In this document: positions 12,326 through 24,683 of the stretch, one piece after another
How positions within the stretch are numbered: the stretch's first letter is position 1
Layout of the letters: every line of letters begins with the position of its first letter
Origin: Octopus sinensis
Taxonomy: Eukaryota
Length of the DNA stretch: 64,000 nt
Direction of reading: 5' to 3'
Assembly (NCBI RefSeq): GCF_006345805.1
Contig: NC_043010.1
Coordinates: 11,904,001 to 11,968,000, forward strand
The notes under the pieces: generated by a model
Seen by the model: only the letters and a program-made list of their open reading frames with translations
Databases searched by the model: none
What the model was told of the DNA's origin: nothing
Made by a program: the position numbers and the translations under genes

Positions 12326-12509
12326 AGAAAATAATTATACATTAAGGGAAAGTTAGGATAGTTCAATGGCTAATATCATTTTGGTCATTTCTGCAAATAC
12401 TGCTAGAGAACTCCAGATATGTTTCATTCTAGTTAAAGTTTCATTATACTTGCCCAAGTTGAAATGAGAGAAGAACAGCAAAGATTTACAATATTGTACA
12501 TGAATAAAG

Positions 12510-12830
12510 TGAAGGATTGTGGCTTAATGGTGAAGGTATTCAGCACACAATCACAGGGTCATGTGTTCAATTTCTGGTTGCATGTTGTGTCCTTGAGCAA
12601 GACACTTTATTTCATGTTACTCCAATCCATTCAGCTGGCAAAATGCGATGTGCCTGTAATTGAAAGGGCCAGCCTTGTCACATTCTGTGTCACGCTGAAT
12701 CTCCTTGGGAACTACGTTAAGGGTGAATGCATCTGTGAATTGCTCAGCCACTTGCACCCTAATTTCAAGAGCAGGTTGTTCTGTTGATCTGATCAAACGG
12801 AATACTGATCATCGTAACTGACAGAGTGCT
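12510..12830 (+). mobile_element. Older SINE (family J): tRNA-like/CORE-like head with a family-A 3' tail
   Basis: CCTTGAGCAAGACACTTTATTTCATGTT followed by GGGCCAGCCTTGTCACATTCTGTGTCACGCTGAATC (A tail); paralog at 40043-40343. Confidence 0.7.
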
Positions 12831-13124
12831 AGTAGTACTGTAGTACATGAGTAAACCTTGAAAATTTAGTATATTCAAGAGAATAAATCACTTGAGTTAA
12901 CAACTCAGAAATGCCACTTGCCTGAAAAATATTACATAAGTCTGATATATCATATATTTAATGGAGTAAGCATCAGATACTTAATTAGAAATAATTACAT
13001 AACGAGGAAAAGGCAACATTAAATCAATGACTAACATTATTTTGATAAAATAGTAATTACTATATTATCTAATTACTATTATTATCTACTATATTATCAA
13101 TGGCTAATATTATTTTGATAAGAT

Positions 13125-13310
13125 AGTAAGCTGGTAGAATACTTGGCAGCATTTTATTTTCTTTATGTTCTGAGTTCAAGTTCTGCTGAGATCAACTTTG
13201 CTTTTCATCCTTCTGGGGGGTCAATAAATTAAGTAACAGTTGAACACTGGAGCTAATGTAAGCGACTTACTCCCTTTCATGAACTTACTGGCCTTGTGTC
13301 CAAATTTGAA
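13125..13310 (+). mobile_element. Old family-E-related SINE
   Basis: TTCTGAGTTCAAGTTCTGCTGAGATCAACTTTGCTTTTCATCCTT. Confidence 0.7.
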
Positions 13311-13353
13311 ATTAATATTATTTTGATAATTCCAGCAAGTAGTATAAGACAAT

Positions 13354-13393
13354 ATTTGGCATGTTTTGGTTTCATTAAACCTCTTCAGTGAAG
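13354..13393 (-). ncRNA. Degenerate minimal type I hammerhead-ribozyme motif
   Basis: Minus strand CTTCA-CTGAAGA-GGTTT-AATG-AAACC-AAAAC-AT-GCC: intact CUGANGA and perfect 5-bp stem II, but G12 and U16.1 substituted. Confidence 0.5.
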
Positions 13394-14104
13394 CAAAGAT
13401 GTAACTGCGCTTGCTAAAGTAGTGATGAGAGAATCATTAAGTAGATATACAGTGTCATAAAGTTAGGACTCCACTGGAAGAAGATGGAGCACTTTTCAGA
13501 TTTTTTCCCTAAGTCTGTCTGTAAACAATGAGATAATCTTTAACAAGATAAGCTAAATCATATTGTTTATCTCCATCATCTCAGACTTATATCCTTTCTC
13601 TAATGGCTGAGATACTGATTAAAAGATTATGTTGTTGTGTGTCAGTGTTTTATTTATTTATTCATTTATTCATTATCTTAACTGTTTTGTGTTTTGTGTG
13701 GTTTTGTGTGTGTCTGACTTAACAGCAGTGTAGAAGGGTGCAAACAACATATATAAATGCTTAGAAGTACACTTGTGCATGTGTGTGTGTGTGTATCTGT
13801 AAGTGTATACAGATGGATAAATAGATAGACAGACAGCCAGGTAGGTAGGCAGGTAGGTAGGTTGATAGGTAGGTAGGTAGGTAGGTAGGTAGGTAGGTAG
13901 GTATTTCTCTTTCTTACTCCCCCTCTCTCTCTCTCTCACTGTCTTTATTTCTCTCTTCATTTCTTTTTCTCTCTCTCCTTTTCTCCACCCACTTTCTCTC
14001 TCTCTCTCCCTATCTCTCTTCCTCAATGTCTTCCTCTCTCATTAAATACTATAGATGAAAACTTATGGGGGTCTCCCATCAAACTAATCAATATAGGTAG
14101 GCAG

Positions 14105-14242
14105 GTTGGTAGATAGATACATATATACATAAGATAGATAGATAGACAGACGGACGGACGGACAGACAGACAGACAGACATACAGACAAACAGACAGACA
14201 GACAGTTAGATAGACAGATAGATAGACAGACAGACAGTTAGG

Positions 14243-14325
<83 letters not shown>

Positions 14326-14330
14326 CTGGC
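14105..14330. repeat. (GATA)n/(GACA)n microsatellite
   Basis: Directly visible. Confidence 0.95.
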
Positions 14331-15549
14331 AGACAGGGTGGAGAGAGAGGGGAGGAAATGAGGAAAGAGGGATGGATGAATTATATAGGGGTGAATAAGG
14401 CAATGTTACTGCTGCCTGAAACCAGTTTAATGGTGTTTATTGAGGCAAGATAAATTTCAATGATAACTTCCTACTTGCTAAGTATACTATCTTGTAGACA
14501 AAACAAGAGAGTAATGGAGATACAAAGAGGGGAAGGTAGAGGCGGGAAAGAGATGGAGAGGCAGGAGAGATAGAGAGAGAGAGAGATTGGTGGAGAGTAG
14601 GGGAAGTGAAGAGGAACAAAAATGTGACAGAAGGAGACGAGACGATGTTGTGACAAAATGAATTGGAAGAGAGAGATGGAGGAAATGCTGAGATACAGAT
14701 ACAGATTAGATTGTGTGAAGTAGGGTAAGCAGTTAAGAGAAATTAAGAGAGAGAGAGAGAGAAGGAGAGCAAAAGAGGGAGAGAGAGAGAAGGAGAGCAA
14801 AAGAGGGAGAGAGAAAAAGAGGGTAAGAAAATAAAAGAGTGAGAAAAAGGAGAGAGAAGTGAGAAAGCTGTTCAGCTCTTATTTAGCATTTCAATGGCGT
14901 TCCACCCTTGACCATTTTTATAATTTTGCATAACACCAGACTATATATATTGATCAATGTCTTCTTCCCCTTTAAGACCATAATAATTGGTTTGAAGAAT
15001 ATTTACTGCTATTTCTTGCAGGTTTTCACAACCAGGTGGAGGCTCCCTTCTTGATTCAAACTAATGGAATACAAACAAGAGAGAATGTGGTACCAAAAGA
15101 GAGAAATGGAAAGGCTTCAGTCTTTCCAGTGTTTTATCCGATACTGGACAATTATTCAATCCTTTGTGATAGAATAATGTTAACTGAAGGTGAATGGCTT
15201 CATGGTTAAGGTGTGGGAATCAAGATCATGAGGCTATGGTTTCCATTCCCAGACCAGGTGCAACACTGTGTTCTTGAACAAAACACCATATTTCTCCTTG
15301 TTCCGGTTTAGACTAGGCAAAATGAGTATCAATAACAGCTTGGGTTTGACCCTGTAAGGGACTAGCATCAGATTAAGGTAGGAGGAGGATGGTACTGTAC
15401 TCTTCTGGTCATTTCTAGACCATGGAAATGGAGACCAGGATAATATCAACCAAAAAAAAAAAAAAAAAAATTAAAATAACAACGTGTTCCTGTAGTGTCA
15501 TGACAGATCCAGGACTTAAGAAGAAGGATGTTGACTAAAACCAATTTTC

Positions 15550-15877
15550 CGGCTTCCGTGCCGGTGGCACGTAAAAGGCACCATCCGAATCATGGCCGAT
15601 GGCAGTGCCGCCTCGACTGGCTTTCGTGCCGGTAGCACGTAAAATGCACCAATCCGATTATGGCCGTTGCCAGCCTCGCATGGCACCTGTGCAGGTGGCA
15701 CGTAAAAAGCACCCACTACACTCACGGAATGGTTGGCGTTGGGAAGGGCATCCAGCTGTAGAAACACTGCCAGATCAGACTGGAGCCTGGTGCAGCCTTC
15801 TGGCCTCCCAGATCCCCGGTCGAACCGTCCAACCCCTGCTAGCATGAACGGATGTTAAACGATGATGATGATGATGA
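15550..15877 (+). mobile_element. SINE-like family D with internal GTGGCACGTAAAA sub-repeats and (GAT)n tail
   Basis: Three sub-repeats followed by the conserved 3' end. Confidence 0.8.
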
Positions 15878-15970
15878 CATCTGAATATATTTATTCACTA
15901 CAGTGAACAATTTTTGAATGATTCTGACTTAAAAGGGTTTTACAAGACCCAAACATGGATTGTCAGAGGA

Positions 15971-16185
15971 TACTCTTTTATTCTTTTACTTGTTTCAGTC
16001 ATTTGACTGTGGCCATGCTGGAGCACTGCCTTTACTCGAGCAAATTGACTCCAGGACTTATTCTTTGTAAGCCTAGTACTTATTCTATCGGTCTTGCTTG
16101 CCAAACCGCTAAGTTACGGGGACGTAAACACACCAGCATCGGTTGTCAAGTGATGTTGGGGGGAGAAAAACACGGACACACAAAC

Positions 16186-16216
<31 letters not shown>

Positions 16217-16387
16217 CATATATACGACGGGCTTCTTTCAGTTTCTCTCTACCAAATCCACTCACAAGGCTTTGGTCGGCCCGAGGCTATAGTAGAAGAC
16301 ACTTGCCCAAGGTGCCACACAGTGGGTCTGAACCCGGAACCATGTGGTTAGTAAACAAGCTACTTACAACACAGCCACTCCTACGCC
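15971..16387 (-). mobile_element. SINE family B, full length, flanked by 85-bp direct repeats
   Basis: 15881-15965 and 16388-16472 differ at about 7 of 85 positions. Confidence 0.9.
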
Positions 16388-16812
16388 CTGAATAAATTTA
16401 TTCACTACAGGGAACAATTTTTAAATGAATCAGACTTAAAAGGTTTTTACAAGACCCAAACATGGATTGCCATGGGATATATTACAATAACACAATTTTC
16501 TTTCTGGCAGCACCAACACCTAACTTGTAATACCAGAAAAAACTTGCATTTGTCTAGTTTACTTTAGTGAGGCTAACATATGTTAGTTTGTCTTTCTTTG
16601 AATATGTTGCATTTCACACGCACACGCACACACACACACATACACACACACACGCGCGTACTTTTCCATAATGGTATGTCAACTTTGGAGGTCTTGCTTC
16701 TTGTGATTATCTCCCCTTTTCAAGTGGAGCTAGAAAATCTCAGTGAATCAAGAATCTATACTGTATGGTATTTAATACATCTATATTTGTCTATGCACAT
16801 ACACACACACAC

Positions 16813-16846
<34 letters not shown>

Positions 16847-16862
16847 CACACACACAGAGGAG

Positions 16863-17390
<528 letters not shown>

Positions 17391-18109
17391 TAGGTGAATG
17401 AATTATCCTATGTTTATTATCAGTATGGAAGATGAGAAGATTGCATAATGCACCCTTTATTCCTTCGGAATGAAAATATGCTGTCTTCGAAACATGTGTC
17501 GAGAGTAAAGGAATTTTGTTAACATCTTCGTTCGACTCCATTCTTTCATTTATTTATATATATATATATACATATATATATACATATATATATACACCAC
17601 ACACACACACATTGCTTGGAGATGCATGATGTATTTCATAAATATGCCTAGTTAAAGTATCATAAATGTATGAAACTATAAGTGGCTCTTACATTTGTGT
17701 ATTAAATTGATATTTATCTCTCACAAAATGGAGTTCTTGTTTTGTTGATTCTACCTATATTGGCTCTATAAAATGTGTGTGTGTGTGTGTGACACACAAA
17801 ATCCACTCACAAGGCTTTGGTTACCCACGGATTATAGTACAAGTAACTTGCCAAGGTGCCACACAGTGGCTTGTTTTTATGACTGGGGAAGAAGTTTCTC
17901 AACCATGTAGCCCACATCAGACAGAATTTGTGAAGACAGATTTTCTCCAACCAGATGCCCTCCCTTTCACCAATCCTCACTTGTTTCCAACCCATGCCAG
18001 CATGGAAGATGGATGTTAAATGATGATGATGATGAAGATGATGAAATTATTTTCTGAATATATATAATGGTTTCACATTTTGGCACACGGCCGGTAATTT
18101 CAGGAAAGC

Positions 18110-18281
18110 CAATAAGTTGATTGCATCAACCCCAGTATTCAACTGGTACTTATTTTATTGACCCTGAAAGGATGAAAGGGAAAGTCGACCTCAGCAGAAT
18201 TTGAACTCAGATCATACAGACAGGTGAAATGCAGCTAAGGATTTTGGTCAAAGTGCTAATAATTCTGTCAGCTTGCCGCCT
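18110..18281 (-). mobile_element. Old family-E-related SINE
   Basis: GAAAGGATGAAAGGGAAAGTCGACCTCAGCAGAATTTGAACTCAG. Confidence 0.75.
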
Positions 18282-18326
18282 TTCACTGATCATATATACA
18301 ATTACCATTTTAGAATATATGTTACT

Positions 18327-20569
18327 TATTTCTTTATTGCCCACAAGGGGCTAAACACAGAGGAAACCAACAAGGACAGACAAAAGGATTAAGTCGATTA
18401 TATCGACCCCAGTGCGTAACTGGTACTTAATTTATTGACCTCGAAAGGATGAAAGGCAAAGTCGACCTCGGCGGAATTTGAACTCACAATGTAATGGCAG
18501 ACAAAATACCTATTTCTTTACTACCCACAAGGGGCTAAACACAGAGAGGACAAACAAGGGCAGACAACCGGATTAAGTCGATTATATCGACCCCTGTGCA
18601 TAACTAGTACTTATTTAATCGACCCCGAAAGGATAAAAGGCAAAGTCAACCTCGGCAGAATTCAAACTCAGAATGTAATGGCAGACAAAATACCTATTTC
18701 TTTACTACCCACAAGGGCTTAAACACAGAGAGGACAAACAAGGACAGACAAACGGATTAAGTCGATTATATCGACCCCAGTGCATAACTAGTACTTATTT
18801 AATCGACCTCGAAAGGATGAAAGGCAAAGTCGACCTCGGCGGAAATCGAACTCAGAAAGTAATGGCAGACAAAATACCTATTTCTTTACTAACCACAAGG
18901 GGTTAAACACAGAGAGGACAAACAAGGACAGACAAACGGATTAAGTCGATTATATCAACCCCAGTGCATAACTAGTACTTATTTAATCGACCTCGAAAGG
19001 ATGAAAGGCAAAGTCGACCTCGGCGGAAATCGAACTCAGAATGTAATGGCAGACAAAATACCTATTTCTTTACTACCCACAAGGGGTTAAACACAGAGAG
19101 GACAAACAAGGACAGACAAATGGATTAAGTCGATTATATCGACCCCAGTGCATAACTAGTACTTAATTTATCGACCTCAAAAGGATGAAAGGCAAAGTCG
19201 ACCTCGGCAGAATTCAACTCAGAATGTAATGGCAACAAAATACCTATTTCTTTACTAACCACAAGGGGTTAACACAGAGAGGACAAACAAGGACAGACAA
19301 ACGGATTAATCGATTATATCGACCCCAGTGCATAACTAGTACTTCATTTATTGACCTCGAAAGGATGAAAGGCAAAGTCGACCTCGGCGGAATTCGAACT
19401 CACAATGTAATGGCAGACAAAATACCTATTTCTTTACTACCCACAAGGGGCTAAACACAGAGAGGACAAACAAGGGCAGACAACCGGATTAAGTCGATTA
19501 TATCGACCCCAGTGCATAACTAGTACTTATTTAATCGACCTCGAAAGGATGAAAGGCAAAGTCGACCTCGGCGGAAATCGAACTCAGAATGTAATGGCAG
19601 ACAAAATACCTATTTCTTTACTACCCACAAGGGGTTAAACACAGAGAGGACAAACAAGGACAGACAAACGGATTAAGTCGATTATATCGACCCCAGTGCA
19701 TAACTAGTACTTAATTTATCGACCTCAAAAGGATGAAAGGCAAAGTCGACCTCGGCAGAATTCAAACTCAGAATGTAATGGCAAACAAAATACCTATTTC
19801 TTTACTAACCACAAGGGGTTAAACACAGAGAGGACAAACAAGGACAGACAAACGGATTAAATCGATTATATCGACCCCAGTGCATAACTAGTACTTAATT
19901 TATTGACCTCGAAAGGATGAAAGGCAAAGTCGACCTCGGCGGAATTCGAACTCACAATGTAATGGCAGACAAAATACCTATTTCTTTACTACCCACAAGG
20001 GGCTAAACACAGAGAGGACAAACAAGGGCAGACAACCGGATTAAGTCGATTATATCGACCCCAGTGCATAACTAGTACTTATTTAATCGACCCCGAAAGG
20101 ATGAAAGGCAAAGTCAACCTCGGCAGAATTCAAACTCAGAATGTAATGGCAAACAAAATACCTATTTCTTTACTACCCACAAGGGGCTAAACACAGAGAG
20201 GACAAACAAGGACAGACAAACGGATTAAGTCGATTATATCGACCCCAGTGCATAACTAGTACTTATTTAATCGACCTCGAAAGGATGAAAGGCAAAGTCG
20301 ACCTCGGCGGAAATCGAACTCAGAATGTAATGGCAGACGAAATACCTATTTCTTTACTACCCACAAGGGGTTAAACACAGAGAGGACAAACGGATGAAGT
20401 CGATTAAATCGACCCCAGTGTGTAACTGGTACTTATCTAATCGACCCTGAAAGGAAGAAAGGCAAAGTCGACCTCGGCGGAATTTGAACTCTGAACATAA
20501 TGGCAGACAAAACACCGCTAAGCATTTCGCCCACCATGCAAATGATTCTGCAGATTGCTGCCATTTATA
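18327..20569 (-). repeat. Tandem array of SINE E: one head plus 12 body units of ~184 bp
   Basis: Unit starts at ~18325, 18509, 18693, 18877, 19061, 19243, 19425, 19609, 19793, 19977, 20161, 20345; head ends ~20562; 17-bp TSD TTAGAATATATGTTACT at 18310-18326 and 20570-20586. Confidence 0.95.
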
Positions 20570-21902
20570 TTAGAATATATGTTACTGAAGAAGTCTAAGC
20601 TTGAAACGTGTCCCTAGATTTTTTTTATAGTTGTCCCTAAGAACAAGATCTATTCCAGTCTACAATGTCTTTATTTCCTTGTAAAATTTGGTTGCTTGAT
20701 GTAATTGGAGTTAGCTCTCTTGCTTGCTGTTAAGGATTTAAAATTACACCAGAGGGAGTTTTTTTTATCTACTAATTGCATGCTTTAATCTCAGTTAATT
20801 ATAGCCTTATGACTCCCTATATTATGAACATGAGATTCTACTGCATGTGTTGTCTATTTTGTATGCATATCACTCTCTTAAAGTAGTTTCCCTTGTCCCT
20901 ATAACCAACCATAAAACAACTGGAAGAGCAGCTAATAGACTTTCTTGAGGGCACAGAAGGGAAATGCCTTCCTTACAATATGAACCCTTGACACTTGAGA
21001 TTTTAGTGTGATACTTTATCCAGTTAGTCATTTCACCTCTACTGCTTCTTTGTTATACATACTAAATGATTTGCAGAATACTTCATCCTAAGAATTGTCT
21101 CTCTTGACTCAGCCTCTACCCTCGGTTCCTAACTCACAGAGTGTGTGGGGGTGGCTGGTGGGGGGGGATGAAGAAGAGATTAATACTGTTTGCATGTTTA
21201 TCTTCTTTTCATTAGCTTCTAATACTCTCTATCAGTCTCTAATTATATTTCTCCCTCCAACCTACACCCTTTCCCCTCTTCTTCCCCTCTTATGTTTCTC
21301 TGTGTCCTCCTATAACATTACATTTCTCTTTCTTACCTTTTCTTTCTCTCTCTCTCTCTTTCACTGCCTTTATTTCTCTCTTCATTTCTTTTTCTCTCTC
21401 TCCTTTTCTCCACCCACTTTCTCTTTCTCTTTCTCTTCCTCACTGTCTTCCTCTCTCATTAAATACTGTTGATGAAAACTAATGGAGGTCTACCATCAAA
21501 CTAATCTATTTTATCTAAGAATATGTCAATGCTAATTAGCCACAATTCTCATAAGAAGTTTTAAGTTTCCATAAGAAAAATCCTCATAAAAACAGTCATA
21601 GAGCTTTTATTACCTGCCATAACAATCAAGACCCCCTGATATGGAGGCAGTTTACAATGAGGAAATTACTCTAATTACTATAATTCCTCAAATGCTTCAT
21701 TGATCTGCCCAGTATGGAAGGTCAACAGTGGTTAAAAGCATTGATAGTTTCTATGGTGTGCTCTTTTCATCCTCACACCACCACACTTCTCTGCCTATTA
21801 CTAATCATTACTGGAATGTGTTCAGAGTTTAGGAGCTTATTCTATATTTCAGAGAATGAAGAAATTGAGTAGAATTTCTCTTTCTGTATTGAAATATCTG
21901 TC

Positions 21903-22635
21903 CATATAGCATATATTTATAAATATATAAACCACTGTTATGGTTATTCAGCAATACCATCTGCATAGAAAACAATAGTTATGTTAATATTAGTATATGT
22001 AATGTTGCAAGCATTGATGAGTGTAATTAGAAATTGCTTATGTAGGGAAATTGTCTTTCAGCAAGTATGTTCAAGTCTATGCTTTGCTGAAGAGGTTTAA
22101 CAAGGCTTAAACATGTTTGGAGTTGTTTCCCATACTGCAAATATTTATAAGACATATGGCATATATTTATAAATATATAAATCACTATAATAGTTATTCA
22201 GCAATACCATCTGCATAGAAAACAATAGTTATGTTAATATTAGTATATGTAATGTTGCAAGCATTGAAAAGTCTAATTAGAAATTGCTTATGGAGGGAAA
22301 TTGTCTCTCAGCAAGTATGTTGAAGTCTATGCTTTGCTGAAGAGGTTTAACAAGGCTCAAACATGTTTGGAGTTGTTTTCCATACTGCAAATATTTATAA
22401 GGCGTATGGCATATATTTATAAATATATAAATCACTATAATAGTTATTCGGTAATGCCACCTGCATGGAAAACAATAGTTAATTTGATACTGACATATGT
22501 AATCTAGCAAACGTTAAAAAGTCTAATTAGAAATTGCGTATGTAGAGAAATTGTTTTTTAGTGAGTATGTTGAAGTCTATAGTTTGTGGAAGAGATTTAA
22601 TAAGGATTAGATACGTCTGGAATTGTTTCCCCTAT
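21903..22635 (+). repeat. Three tandem 250-bp units, each with a hammerhead-like relic
   Basis: Exact 250-bp period (GCTGAAGAGG at 22086 and 22336; diverged third copy at ~22586). Confidence 0.9.
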
Positions 22636-23287
22636 TTGTTGAAATGGTCAGAATATTTCATTTTTGTATTTGGCTTACAAGATTCTCGATGTGATCTTGT
22701 GTGGTTGAAATAGCTTTTGTTCTTTTCTAGGAGGGTCATTATGCTAACAATAAACACACATGCTGGTTCTATTTCACTTCTTTTACTACTCGTCAATTCA
22801 TTAATATGCAACCAATTAACTAACTGATTATTGATTAATGTTTCAATCCATCAATCACTCATGTAGATTTATGAAAGACCTTTCATCACTATTCAATGAT
22901 TTCCTGCATGACATAATTTTCTCCCTGCATAAGTATATTTCCTTTTTGCATTTGTTACACTTACTACATTAAATATGTTAACACCAACACAATGATAACC
23001 TGTATTGTCTTTGGAAGGATATAAGCTTAAAATAAGGGAAAAACACCTCTTAAAATTTAATCCCACAGCTTCCAGCTTAAGGAACTGTACTGCCCCAGGC
23101 TACTTTTCCTTATAGCTAAATAGACTCAAGCAATCCATTAGAATAAAGAGTCTGTTATCTCTGGCTTGTCAGGTAATTAATTATAGCTTCTCTTAATTTT
23201 TTCTATTAAAATTATAAAAAATTTTCTTTAACCTGATGGCCATATCTCTAACTTACTTCTTATATAGTTTTATTAATATTTAGTAGA

Positions 23288-23656
23288 CCCATGCTGGTGG
23301 CACGTAAAAAGCACCATTCAAACATGGCTGATGCCAGTGCTGCCTGACAGGCACCTGTGCCAGTGGCATGTAAAGTGCACCATTCGAGTATGGCCAATAC
23401 CAGTGTCACCTGATTTGCACATAAAAATTACCATTCAAGCGTGACTGATGTCAGTACCACCTGACTGGCTCCTATGCCGGTGGCACGTAAAAGCTCCCAC
23501 TACACTCTCGGAGTGGTTGGCATTAGGAAGAGTATGCAGCTGTAGAAACCTTGCCAAATCAGATTGGAGCCTGGTGCAGCCTCATGGTTTGCCAGTTCTC
23601 AGTCAAACTGTTCAACCCATGCCAGCATGGAAAGCGGACGTTAAACGACGATGATA
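23288..23656 (+). mobile_element. SINE-like family D, four internal sub-repeats
   Basis: Shared 3' end CCATGCCAGCATGGAAAGCGGACGTTAAACGACGATG. Confidence 0.8.
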
Positions 23657-23731
23657 ATAATGGTGAAGCAACAAAGTGACACACAGGCTGTTGTTTCTGC
23701 TAACTGTTAATAAAAATATACAGGAGTGGCT

Positions 23732-24144
23732 AGGCGCAGGAGTGGCTGTGTGGTAAGTAGCTTGTTTACCAGCCACATGGTTCCGGGTTCAATCCCACTG
23801 TGTGGCATCTTGGGCAAGTGTCTTCTACTATAGCCTTGGGCCAACCAAATCCTTGTGAGTGGATTTGGTATACGGAAACTGAAAGAAGCCCGTCGTATAT
23901 GTGTATATATATATGTATATGTGTGTGTGTGTGTTTGTGTGTCTGTGTTTGTCCCCCTAGCATTGCTTGACAACCGATGCTGGTGTGTTTATGTCCCCGT
24001 TACTTAGCGGTTTGGCAAAAGAGACCGATAGAATAAGTACTGGGCTTACAAAAAGAATAAGTCCTGGGGTCGAGTTGCTCGATTAAAAGTGGTGCTCCAG
24101 CATGGCCGCAGTCAAATGACTGAAACAAGTAAAAGAGTAAAGAG
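23732..24144 (+). mobile_element. SINE family B, full length
   Basis: AGGCGCAGGAGTGGCT head, preceded by an 11-bp duplicate CAGGAGTGGCT. Confidence 0.9.
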
Positions 24145-24269
24145 GGTATATACTCATATTTCGAGTTCTATTTTTCCTGTTTGAGTCACCATAATTAACT
24201 TATTATTTCACTAGCTTTCACTGCATTCCTCATAAATTCATTGCTATAAATTCATCCCGTAAAATTTGG

Positions 24270-24480
24270 TACTCTTTACTCTTTACTCTTTTACTTGTTT
24301 CAGTCATTTGACTGTGGCCGTGCTGGAGCACCGCCTTTAATCGAGCAACTCGACCCCGGGACTTATTCTTTTTGTGAGCCCAGTACTTATTCTATCGGTT
24401 TCTTTTGCTGAACCACTAAGTGACGGGGACGTAAACACAACAGCATCGGTTGTCAAGCAATGCTAGGGGGACAAACACAG

Positions 24481-24512
<32 letters not shown>

Positions 24513-24683
24513 CTATATACGACAGGCTTCTTTCAGTTTCCGTCTACCAAATCCACTCACAAGGCATTGGTCGGCCCAGGGCTATAGCAGAAGACACTTG
24601 CCCAAGATGCCACGCAGTGGGACTGAACCCGGAACCATGTGGTTGGTTAGCAAGCTACTTACCACACAGCCACTCCTGCGCCT
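24270..24683 (-). mobile_element. SINE family B, full length
   Basis: 10-bp TSD TTGGTACTCT at 24266-24275 and 24685-24694, overlapping the tail repeat. Confidence 0.9.

Noticed and set aside
18325-20562. CRISPR-like appearance of regularly spaced repeats
   Set aside because: Units are contiguous 184-bp SINE bodies with no unique spacers; eukaryotic context and no cas genes.
20582-20615. CTGAAGAAGTCTAAGCTTGAAACGTG next to the array TSD
   Set aside because: Hammerhead-like, but the triplet is GUG and there is no stem I partner; at best an unscorable relic.
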